A DNA stretch of 64,000 nucleotides from Sediminibacterium sp. (GTDB lineage Bacteria; Bacteroidota; Bacteroidia; Chitinophagales; Chitinophagaceae). Position numbers and translations under genes: made by a program. The notes below the pieces were generated by a model. That model did no database searches. It was not told the DNA's origin and worked only from the letters and a program-made list of their open reading frames with translations. Shown piece by piece: positions 28,058-36,810 of the stretch (position 1 is its first letter; every line of letters starts with the position of its first letter). The stretch covers positions 26,975-90,974 of the forward strand of contig CBDDIX010000005.1 of the NCBI GenBank assembly GCA_965229255.1, given 5' to 3'.

Positions 28058-30625
28058 ATGTTCCGTGTTTTCCTGTCAGTTCTTTCGATCATCCTGTGTC
28101 TTTCTTCCATAGCGCAGCAACGCGCATTGATGCAGATACAAACAGATCGGGTAAAAAACACAGTATCGCCTAACCTGCATGGAATTTTTTTTGAAGAGAT
28201 CAGTCATGGAGGTGAAGGTGGGTTGTATGCCGAGTTGATACAGAACAGGGGCTTTGAAGAAAGCAGGATACCTCCCGGATCGGTAGTTGAAAATGGAATG
28301 TTGAATCCCAATCCTGGTAAGAAACCACATTACAATCTCAACGGGCGTGCCAGTAATTTCCGTTTGCCCTGGCCCGTTAAAACCGAGTTCCCTTATTGGA
28401 AACTGGAAAAAGATGCAGGTTCAGATATCGAACTCTCGCTCGATAAAAAGAATCCCCTAACAGAAGCTACCCCGCAATCAGCTTTCATCAGCATCAAAAC
28501 ATTAGGTGCGGGCAGTAAAAATTATTTTGTGAACGAGGGTTTTTGGGGCATCAATGCCCGGAAGGGAGAAACCTACCAACTGAGTTTTTATACGCGTTCA
28601 GATGGCACCTATCAAGGTCCGCTCACTGTCATGCTTTTATCGCAGGATGGCACCCAACTCGCTGCGTATACTTTTACTTCGGTGAACAGCGGTGAATGGA
28701 AAAAATATACCTGTTCATTAAAACCAGCAGCATCGGATGGCAAAGCACGTTTCGCATTCTCTTTTGGATCTGTTGGAAATATATGGTTTGATTTTGTTTC
28801 ACTCTTTCCGGGAAAAAAATATAAGAACCGTCCCAATGGAGTACGTGCAGATCTTGGTCAATACCTGGCCGACCTCAAACCTGCCTTTGTACGCTGGCCC
28901 GGCGGTTGTTTTGTAGAAGGTATCAATGTAGAGAGTGCTCCTAACTGGAAAACATCCATTGGACCGCTTGAAAAAAGACCCGGCACTTTTAGTGTTTGGG
29001 GATATTGGTCAAGTGATGGTTTTGGGTATCATGAATACCTGCAGTTTTGTGAAGATATTGGCTCAGATGCACTTTATGTTTTTAATGCAGGTGTATCCTG
29101 TGAGTTCAGAAGCGGAACTTTTATCAGTAATGAAGAATTACAACCGGTAATTGATGATGTATTGGATGCCATTGAGTATGCGGTAGGTGATGTTAATACG
29201 AAGTGGGGAAAAGTGCGTGCTGCTAACGGACACCCCAAACCCTTCCCTTTAAAATATGTAGAAGTAGGAAATGAGCAACATGGTCCATGGTATGCACTTC
29301 GCTACAATCGTTTCCATGATGCCATCAAAAGAAAATACCCGGATGTGAAAATCATTTCCAGCATGGGCATCGGTGATATTAATAAAAGAACACTGGATAG
29401 TATACAGGTCACTGATATGGCTGATGAACATGCCTATAAAGGTGCTTACTGGGCGTTTACCAATTACGACCATTTTGACCGGTATAAGCGTGGCGACTAT
29501 GAGGTATATGTTGGAGAGTATGCTACCAATGCCGGTGTTGGCAATGGTAATATGCTGGCTGCCTTAAATGATGCAGCCTATATCATGGGAATGGAAAATA
29601 ATGGCGACCTCATTAAAATGTCGAGCTACGCACCGCTTTTTGAAAATGTAAATACAAGACACTGGCCCGTAAACCTGATCAAGTTTAAGTCGGATAGCAG
29701 TTTTGCAAGAATATCTTATTACACCATCAAAATGTTGAATGAGCAGCGTGCAGATGAGAACCTCCCGGCGCAGCTAACGATTATTCCTTCGGCTTCACCA
29801 AAACCGCGTAACAAGGGAGGGATAGGCCTGGCAACATGGGATACACAAACAGAATACAAGGATATTGAAGTAACAGAGAATGGGAAAGTAGTTTACAAAA
29901 GCGATTTTAATCATCTCCCGGAAGAATGGCAATCAATACGTGGTAACTGGAAAGTACAGGAGGGAGCCATGGCACAAACAGTGCAGGGGCCGCAAAGGCT
30001 GATGCTTTTAAAAGATAGGTCTTTTGAAATCTATACCCTGAAGATGAAGGCGAGAAAAATTTCAGGAACCAATGCATTTATCATTCCCTTTGCTGTGAAT
30101 GGATCAGGGTCTATGCTAAGGGCACATATCGGTGCTTTGGTAAATAACAGTGCTGTGTTCGAACTGGTAATGGAGGAATCTGTTTCAAATGTTTCGCAGG
30201 TGAAAAAATTACCAAAACCTATTGAAACAGGCAGGTGGTATGATATCCGCCTGGAAGTAGGTCTTGATAAAGTAGATTGTTACCTGGATGATCAGTTATT
30301 AATGACTTATTCAGAACCCAATAAGTTACTGGCACTGGCAGGCAGGGATGCAACGAATGGCGACCTTATCATCAAAGTGGTCAATGTATCTGACGAAACA
30401 TATGATATGGATATCAAACTGGATGGGAGTATGAATTTATCTTCCGTTGGTTCGGCGTATGCTATTTCATCCTCATCGCTGGATGTTGAAAATTCGTTTA
30501 CGGAACCCATCAAATACGTTCCCGTTAAGACTTCAATAAAAGATATCACCAGCAAAAAAATACAGTATAGCTTTCCAAAATACTCCGTTACGGTATTAAG
30601 AGTCAAAACACGAAAAGCAGGGTAA
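28058..30625 (+). CDS. GH51 alpha-L-arabinofuranosidase with inserted DUF1080/LamG-like domain
   Basis: GIFFEEISHGGEGGLYAELIQNRGFE, RWPGGCF, acid/base EVGNE, nucleophile YVGEYA, MSSYAPLF. An insert of about 180 aa precedes the C-terminal IKVVN. Confidence 0.9.
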   Translation: MFRVFLSVLSIILCLSSIAQQRALMQIQTDRVKNTVSPNLHGIFFEEISHGGEGGLYAELIQNRGFEESRIPPGSVVENGMLNPNPGKKPHYNLNGRASNFRLPWPVKTEFPYWKLEKDAGSDIELSLDKKNPLTEATPQSAFISIKTLGAGSKNYFVNEGFWGINARKGETYQLSFYTRSDGTYQGPLTVMLLSQDGTQLAAYTFTSVNSGEWKKYTCSLKPAASDGKARFAFSFGSVGNIWFDFVSLFPGKKYKNRPNGVRADLGQYLADLKPAFVRWPGGCFVEGINVESAPNWKTSIGPLEKRPGTFSVWGYWSSDGFGYHEYLQFCEDIGSDALYVFNAGVSCEFRSGTFISNEELQPVIDDVLDAIEYAVGDVNTKWGKVRAANGHPKPFPLKYVEVGNEQHGPWYALRYNRFHDAIKRKYPDVKIISSMGIGDINKRTLDSIQVTDMADEHAYKGAYWAFTNYDHFDRYKRGDYEVYVGEYATNAGVGNGNMLAALNDAAYIMGMENNGDLIKMSSYAPLFENVNTRHWPVNLIKFKSDSSFARISYYTIKMLNEQRADENLPAQLTIIPSASPKPRNKGGIGLATWDTQTEYKDIEVTENGKVVYKSDFNHLPEEWQSIRGNWKVQEGAMAQTVQGPQRLMLLKDRSFEIYTLKMKARKISGTNAFIIPFAVNGSGSMLRAHIGALVNNSAVFELVMEESVSNVSQVKKLPKPIETGRWYDIRLEVGLDKVDCYLDDQLLMTYSEPNKLLALAGRDATNGDLIIKVVNVSDETYDMDIKLDGSMNLSSVGSAYAISSSSLDVENSFTEPIKYVPVKTSIKDITSKKIQYSFPKYSVTVLRVKTRKAG

Positions 30626-30652
30626 CGCGTCCTTATCAATAAAACAGATTGC

Positions 30653-31891
30653 ATGCTTAAGAAACGTTGGTTTCGCGTAATGTTAGCACTCGTTGCCACA
30701 GGATTGTTCTTTTACGAATGCAGCATGCAGGAACAAAAAAAAGTAATAGATGGGAGAGGGGAAGGCTATGCCGGAGATGAAAAATGTGTAAACTGCCATG
30801 CAGATATTTCCAGGAGCTACGCTGCAACCGCACATGCCAATACTACTTCTCCTGCCAACAGTGAGCATATAGCGGGGAGCTTTCACAAAGACAGTAACCA
30901 TTTTCAATATACTGCACACCTGAAGGTTGCGATGGAAAAAAGGGACGGGCGTTTTTTCCAGGTGGCTTTCCAGGATGAAGTGGAGAAAGCGGCCTTCCCG
31001 TTTGATGTAGTGATCGGCTCAGGTCGTAAAGCGCAAACCTATCTTTATTGGTATGGACCCAATGCCTTTCAATTGCCTGTTACCTATTCTGTTGCGGCAA
31101 AAGCATGGGTTAACAGTCCGAATTATCCGGCAGACAAAGTTCGGTTAGACAGGATGATACCGGTTGGGTGTTTTGAATGCCACAGTTCTTTTATTGAAAG
31201 AACCGGCATTCATGAAAGTAAAGGATACAGGGTCGATGATTTTAATCCCTCCACTATTATTTACGGAATTAATTGTGAACGTTGCCATGGGCCCGCGGCT
31301 AAACATGCAGATTACCAGGCAGAACATCCTTCCGAAAAAATAGCCAAGTATATTACCAGTTATAAGACCCTCACCAATCTTCAGCGCCTGGAAAACTGTG
31401 CGGCATGCCACTCAGGGATACGTGAACCTGTTAAATCTCCATTTCTTTTTAAACCGGGAGAAATACTCAGTGATTATTTTCGGACCGATACCACAACACC
31501 TATTGCAACTGAACTGGATGTGCATGGTAATCAATACCAACTGCTGCAGGCAAGTAAATGTTTCAAAGGTTCCATTCAGCAAATGAATTGTTCTACCTGT
31601 CATAGCCCGCACAAACAGGAGCGGAATAATTTACAGGTCCTATCTGTTAAATGCATGAACTGCCATGCGCCGGGTAGCAATCAATTCTGTCCGCTTGCTG
31701 AAAAAGTAGGAAATGTTATTACAACCAATTGTATTGATTGTCATATGCCGTTGAGTGCTTCAAAAATTATTACACTACAGTCTGAAGGCAAAAAAAATCC
31801 AATTCCCAACATGGTACGTTCACATTTAATTGGCGTCTATCCTGAGATAACTAAAAAGAAATTGGTTCATCTCACACCCGCTCATCAATAG
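30653..31891 (+). CDS. Multihaem c-type cytochrome (7 CxxCH)
   Basis: CVNCH, CFECH, CERCH, CAACH, CSTCH, CMNCH and CIDCH; N-terminal hydrophobic segment ending in Cys. Confidence 0.88.
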   Translation: MLKKRWFRVMLALVATGLFFYECSMQEQKKVIDGRGEGYAGDEKCVNCHADISRSYAATAHANTTSPANSEHIAGSFHKDSNHFQYTAHLKVAMEKRDGRFFQVAFQDEVEKAAFPFDVVIGSGRKAQTYLYWYGPNAFQLPVTYSVAAKAWVNSPNYPADKVRLDRMIPVGCFECHSSFIERTGIHESKGYRVDDFNPSTIIYGINCERCHGPAAKHADYQAEHPSEKIAKYITSYKTLTNLQRLENCAACHSGIREPVKSPFLFKPGEILSDYFRTDTTTPIATELDVHGNQYQLLQASKCFKGSIQQMNCSTCHSPHKQERNNLQVLSVKCMNCHAPGSNQFCPLAEKVGNVITTNCIDCHMPLSASKIITLQSEGKKNPIPNMVRSHLIGVYPEITKKKLVHLTPAHQ

Positions 31892-32022
31892 CAATTGATA
31901 ATCAGCAACATCATTGCTTAATACATCAATGTTTAAACAACTACCAACCCATTGAATTTGTGATGATCAATCATTACTACTTTATGACCATTTCCTGACG
32001 AATAAGTTCTTTATTCTGATTT

Positions 32023-32088
32023 AGTTAAAATACAGTTACCATCAGTTAAAATCGTGTCATTTTAAAATTATATTAATATTAATTTTAA
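32023..32088. promoter_or_regulatory. Candidate regulator sites upstream of susC
   Basis: Direct repeat AGTTAAAAT at 32023 and 32044 (21-bp period), with AGTTA also at 32034. IR TTAAAATTA-N9-TAATTTTAA at 32062-32088. Confidence 0.4.
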
Positions 32089-32117
32089 GTTTCAATTTGA
32101 CCATTAAAAAACTGTTT

Positions 32118-35096
32118 ATGAAAAAGACCATTGCTTGCCTGCTGCTTTTTTCATTACTGTGTACGAGTATGCTTCATGCCAGAAATGAAAACAAGAACAA
32201 AAACAAATTTTATGTCCCGGCAAAAACGGTTACCGGATCTGTGTTCGATGCACGATCAGGTGAACCACTGCCAGGTGCCACTGTTTCCATTAAAAATTCT
32301 TCCGGAATTACAGCCACAGATGCTTCCGGTAAGTTCAGTATCCAGGTATCTTCAGATGATGCTGTATTGATAGTTACCTACGTGGGGTACGCTTCTATGA
32401 CTGTTAATGTGAAAGGACAAAACCAAGTGGTGGTAAGGCTTAACAAAGATGTCAATAGCCTCGATGAAGTAGTGGTTGTTGGGTACGGTACCCAGAAAAA
32501 GGGTGATGTTACCAGTGCGGTAGCGAGTGTAAAACAGGAAAATTTTGTGAAAGGATTTGTTAGGGATGCAGGACAGCTCATCCAGGGAAAAGTAGCCGGG
32601 TTAACGGTGTCAACTTCTTCTGGTGATCCTACCGCAGGTACCCAAATACAATTACGTGGTATTACTACATTGAACTCATCTACCTCTCCACTCGTTTTGA
32701 TTGACGGTGTGCCGGGTAATCTTAATTCAGTTGCGCCGGAAGATATAGAATCGATCGATGTATTGAAAGATGGTTCTGCAGCTGCCATTTATGGTACCCG
32801 CGGTACCAATGGTGTTATATTAATTACCACACGCAAGTTACGTGGAGATGGAAGGTCTTCAGTAGAATACAATGCTTATATGACTGCGCAAACCATTGCA
32901 AGGCGCCCGCAGTTCCTCACAGCTTCTCAATTCAGAGAAAAAAGTAAACAGGGACTTCCTTTTATTGATTATGGATTGAACACAGATTGGTTCAAAGCAA
33001 TTTCCAATGATCTGCCACTGAGCCAAACACAGAATCTTACATTCCAGGGAGGTAGCAGAACAACCAATTATACAGCTTCTGCCAACTACAGGGGATGGCA
33101 GGGTATGTTTCTAAATTCAGTAAACAGGCAACTTACTTTACGCGCAGACATTAATCACTCAATGTTCGAAGGCAAAGTGAAAGTGAACCTGAACGCAACC
33201 AGTCGCGCCAGGAATGATGATGGTGTTTTTAACACTTATATCTATCGTCAATCTGTTATCCGTAACCCTACAGACAGTATTTATGATTTCCAGGGAAAAT
33301 GGAAAGAAAGGAATATATACTTCTACGATAATCCATTGGCTTATATAAAAGAAACAAAAGCCAGGAATGAAGTGCAGGAAACGCGTTTGTCGGGAAACAT
33401 TACGGCTAACCTTTTCAAAGGATTTAACCTGAAATTGCTTACTGCAAATGTTAAGCAGTCAAGCCTTACCGGATCTTCAGAAACTAAAAATCACGTATCT
33501 ACCACTAAGAATGGTAGAAATGGAAATGCTGGAAGGAGCACCAGTTCCAACGTTGATAACCTGCTTGAGCTTACGGCAGATTACACCCGCAGTTTTGGAG
33601 ATCACAGGCTTACTGTTTTAGGTGGGTATAGCTACCAGGATCAGTACATTGAGAATTTTTCTGCATCCAACTGGGATTTCCCAACGGATCAGTATTCTTA
33701 TGATAACCTCGCTGCCGGTAATGCACTCGGCCGCGGAGAAGCTTCTATGAGCAGTAATGCCGTAGAAAGCAAGTTGATCGGATTTTTTGGAAGGATCAAT
33801 TATAATTATGCTGATAAGTATATCGTTGCTGCCAGTGTAAGACGTGAAGGTTCTTCTAAATTTGGAGAAAATAATAAATGGGGTACGTTCCCGGCTATCT
33901 CGGCGGGATGGAGAATTAAGAAAGAAAAATTCATGCAGGGTGTTGAGTTTATTAATGACCTGAAATTAAGGGTAGGGTTTGGTGTAACAGGTATTGCACC
34001 TTCTTCTTCTTACTTATCTCTTACCAGTCTTAACTATGGTACAAGGTTCCTGAATAACGGTGTATGGATCCAATCACTCTCTCCAGTACGTAACCCCAAT
34101 TCTGATCTGCGTTGGGAACGTAAAGAAGAATTCAACATTGGTCTTGACGTAAGTGTTTTGAAAAACAGACTGAGTGCTTCTGTGGATCTATACAAACGTA
34201 CCACCAGGGATATGTTATACAACTATTCAGTTCCTGTTCCTCCGTACCTGTTTAACAGCATTCTTGCGAACGTGGGTGTAATGGAGAATAAAGGAATTGA
34301 AGTAATGCTTAATTACACGGCTGTTCAGAAAAAAGACTTCCAATGGGAGGGTAATCTTAGCTTCTCTACCAATGCTAATAAACTGGTTTCATTATCCAAT
34401 GACCAATTCAGAACAACCAGTAACTTCTTTACAGCCGGTGGTACAGGCGAACCTGTACAGGATGTAACGCACAGGATTGATATTGGAGGACCTATCGGTA
34501 ATTTCTGGGGTTATAAATCAGTAGATATTGATGCCAATGGATTATGGATCATTGAAGGTGCTGATGGAAAACCTAAACCGTATGCACAAGCCAAGATCGA
34601 AGACAAACAAATCTTAGGAAATGGCTTGCCTAAATATTATGTAGGATTTAATAATACGTTCCGCTACAAAAATTTCGACCTGAGTATTTTAATGCGCGGA
34701 GCTTTTGGTTACCAGATCCTGAACTTTCAACGGATGTTCTATGAAAACTCACAGCCGCAAATTCTGGGTAACTACAATGTGCTTGTTTCAGCATTCGATA
34801 AAGTGTACGGAAAAACAGAGTTGAAAAATTCACAGGCATATGTTAGTCACTATATTGAAAACGGTGATCATCTGAAAGTAGATAATATCACAATCGGGTA
34901 CAATGTGCCTATGAATAATAAAAAATATATCAAGAACCTGAGAGTATATGTTTCAGGATTGAATACAATTACGATTGCAGGTTATAAGGGTATTGATCCC
35001 GAGGTTACCAGAAGCGGTCTTGCTCCAGGCAACGATGAGAGAGACAAGTATCCAACTACCCGGACTTTTACTATAGGTACACTTGTAAATTTTTAA
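32118..35096 (+). CDS. susC: SusC/RagA TonB-dependent outer-membrane transporter
   Basis: CarboxypepD-like N-domain, EVVVVGYGTQKK, PLVLIDG, IESIDVLKDGSAAAIYGTRGTNGVILITT, and C-terminal YPTTRTFTIG...F. ATG 32118 is preferred over TTG 32097. Confidence 0.95.
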   Translation: MKKTIACLLLFSLLCTSMLHARNENKNKNKFYVPAKTVTGSVFDARSGEPLPGATVSIKNSSGITATDASGKFSIQVSSDDAVLIVTYVGYASMTVNVKGQNQVVVRLNKDVNSLDEVVVVGYGTQKKGDVTSAVASVKQENFVKGFVRDAGQLIQGKVAGLTVSTSSGDPTAGTQIQLRGITTLNSSTSPLVLIDGVPGNLNSVAPEDIESIDVLKDGSAAAIYGTRGTNGVILITTRKLRGDGRSSVEYNAYMTAQTIARRPQFLTASQFREKSKQGLPFIDYGLNTDWFKAISNDLPLSQTQNLTFQGGSRTTNYTASANYRGWQGMFLNSVNRQLTLRADINHSMFEGKVKVNLNATSRARNDDGVFNTYIYRQSVIRNPTDSIYDFQGKWKERNIYFYDNPLAYIKETKARNEVQETRLSGNITANLFKGFNLKLLTANVKQSSLTGSSETKNHVSTTKNGRNGNAGRSTSSNVDNLLELTADYTRSFGDHRLTVLGGYSYQDQYIENFSASNWDFPTDQYSYDNLAAGNALGRGEASMSSNAVESKLIGFFGRINYNYADKYIVAASVRREGSSKFGENNKWGTFPAISAGWRIKKEKFMQGVEFINDLKLRVGFGVTGIAPSSSYLSLTSLNYGTRFLNNGVWIQSLSPVRNPNSDLRWERKEEFNIGLDVSVLKNRLSASVDLYKRTTRDMLYNYSVPVPPYLFNSILANVGVMENKGIEVMLNYTAVQKKDFQWEGNLSFSTNANKLVSLSNDQFRTTSNFFTAGGTGEPVQDVTHRIDIGGPIGNFWGYKSVDIDANGLWIIEGADGKPKPYAQAKIEDKQILGNGLPKYYVGFNNTFRYKNFDLSILMRGAFGYQILNFQRMFYENSQPQILGNYNVLVSAFDKVYGKTELKNSQAYVSHYIENGDHLKVDNITIGYNVPMNNKKYIKNLRVYVSGLNTITIAGYKGIDPEVTRSGLAPGNDERDKYPTTRTFTIGTLVNF

Positions 35097-35114
35097 TCGT
35101 TAAAAATATTAGTT

Positions 35115-36713
35115 ATGAAAAATTATTATAAGAACATAAAGATCGGTTTGCTGGCCCTGGTTGGTGGACTATTATTCAACGGTTGTACCAAGCTTACTGA
35201 AACGGTACACTCCGAGTTACTGGCATCTAATTTCCAGGCTACAGCCAATGATGTACCATCCCTGATTGCTCCGGTATATACCAATCTCAGAGGTATGGTG
35301 GCAGGCTGGCAGGGATACTTTGATGTGGAGGAAGAAGCTGCTGATGCGATTGTTACCCCGGCACGTCCTAACGGATGGGTAGATGGCGGAACCTATCAGC
35401 GTATGCACCAGCACGTTTGGACACCTACGCAAGGACAACCCAACGGTTTGTACAGTAACTGTTACAGAGGCATTAATAATGCAAACCGGGTGATTTTCCA
35501 GATTGAGTCTGGTGAAATTCCTGTGCCATCAGGCAAAGCCAATATCATCGCAGAGTTAAAAACAGCGAGGGCTTATTATTATTCTATTTTGCTCGATAAT
35601 CATGGCAATGTGCCTATCGTAACTGATTTTAAAGATACGACGCTGCCGAAGCAAAGTACCCGTCAGCAGGTATATGACTTTGTAGTAAAAGACCTTGTTG
35701 AAAATATACCCTTATTAACGGAAGTGGTAGATAAAACTACATATGGCCGTTTCACAAAATGGGCCGGTAAAGCAGTATTAGCCAGGGTATACCAGAATGC
35801 TGAAGTATATACAGGTACGGCACAATGGGATAAATGTATCAAAGAATGTGATGATATTATTACAAAGGCAACCGCAACGGGTATCTATGCGCTCGCTGCC
35901 AAGTACAAAGAAAATTTCTCTTCTGTAAATGAAACCTGCAAGGAGATCATATTCAGTGTTCCTTACGATGAGATTTTCGCAACAGAAAGTGTTATACATA
36001 TGAAAACGCTTGATCCGCTTATGCAGCTTGTGTATCCTATGCAGGTTCAGCCTTGGGGCGGTAATTGTGCAGTTCCACAATTTATCGATACCTATGATCC
36101 GGATGATCAGCGCTTAAAAGATACCTGGATCCAGGGTCCTCAATACAATGCAACTACGGGCGCATTGGTGATCAATTATGTAAAAACAGTAAAGTCTGTT
36201 TTTGAAAGTGCTTCCAATGAAGGATACCGTATTGGTAAGTTTGAGATCAAGGCAGGCATGAGAGGTGGTTCAAGTGTTGACTTCCCTTTGTATAGATATG
36301 CAGATGTTTTACTGATGAAAGCGGAAGCATTATTGCGTACCGGCAAAGCACCAGAGGCGGCTTCTATCGTTACACAGGTAAGACAAAGAAATTTTACCAC
36401 CAATCCTGCCAAAGCGGTTGTTACAGCAGCTCAATTGATGCAGGGCAGTTCTTATAATTATGGTGAGTGGCAGAATGGTGCTGTGATCAATCCACAGGGT
36501 GGTGCGGATATTGCTTTCGGCAGAATGCTTGATGAGCTGGGATGGGAGTTTGCTGCAGAAGCAAAACGCCGCCAGGATATCATCAGGTTTGGCGTGTTTA
36601 CCAGGAAAAAATGGTTTTCGCACACTGCATCCAGTAGTAACTATATCATTTTCCCGATTCCTCAGAATTCATTGTTAACCAATGTAAATCTGAAACAGAA
36701 CCCCGGGTATTAA
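35115..36713 (+). CDS. susD: SusD/RagB lipoprotein
   Basis: Lipobox FNGC; RAYYY...GNVP, RYADVLLMKAEA, ELGWEFAAEAKRRQDIIRFG, FPIP...NLKQNPGY. Confidence 0.95.
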   Translation: MKNYYKNIKIGLLALVGGLLFNGCTKLTETVHSELLASNFQATANDVPSLIAPVYTNLRGMVAGWQGYFDVEEEAADAIVTPARPNGWVDGGTYQRMHQHVWTPTQGQPNGLYSNCYRGINNANRVIFQIESGEIPVPSGKANIIAELKTARAYYYSILLDNHGNVPIVTDFKDTTLPKQSTRQQVYDFVVKDLVENIPLLTEVVDKTTYGRFTKWAGKAVLARVYQNAEVYTGTAQWDKCIKECDDIITKATATGIYALAAKYKENFSSVNETCKEIIFSVPYDEIFATESVIHMKTLDPLMQLVYPMQVQPWGGNCAVPQFIDTYDPDDQRLKDTWIQGPQYNATTGALVINYVKTVKSVFESASNEGYRIGKFEIKAGMRGGSSVDFPLYRYADVLLMKAEALLRTGKAPEAASIVTQVRQRNFTTNPAKAVVTAAQLMQGSSYNYGEWQNGAVINPQGGADIAFGRMLDELGWEFAAEAKRRQDIIRFGVFTRKKWFSHTASSSNYIIFPIPQNSLLTNVNLKQNPGY

Positions 36714-36746
36714 TTTTCAATTGGCAAGTTGGTTGTTGAGTTGAGC

Positions 36747-36786
36747 AAAGTAGGGCCTGCATGTTATCATTGCAGGTCTTACTTTT
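36747..36786 (+). terminator. Stem-loop/terminator after susD
   Basis: AAAGTAGGGCCTGCA ... TGCAGGTCTTACTTT (two G.U pairs), followed by T. Confidence 0.65.
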
Positions 36787-36810
36787 ATCTTTCTATTTTA
36801 AATCACAATT

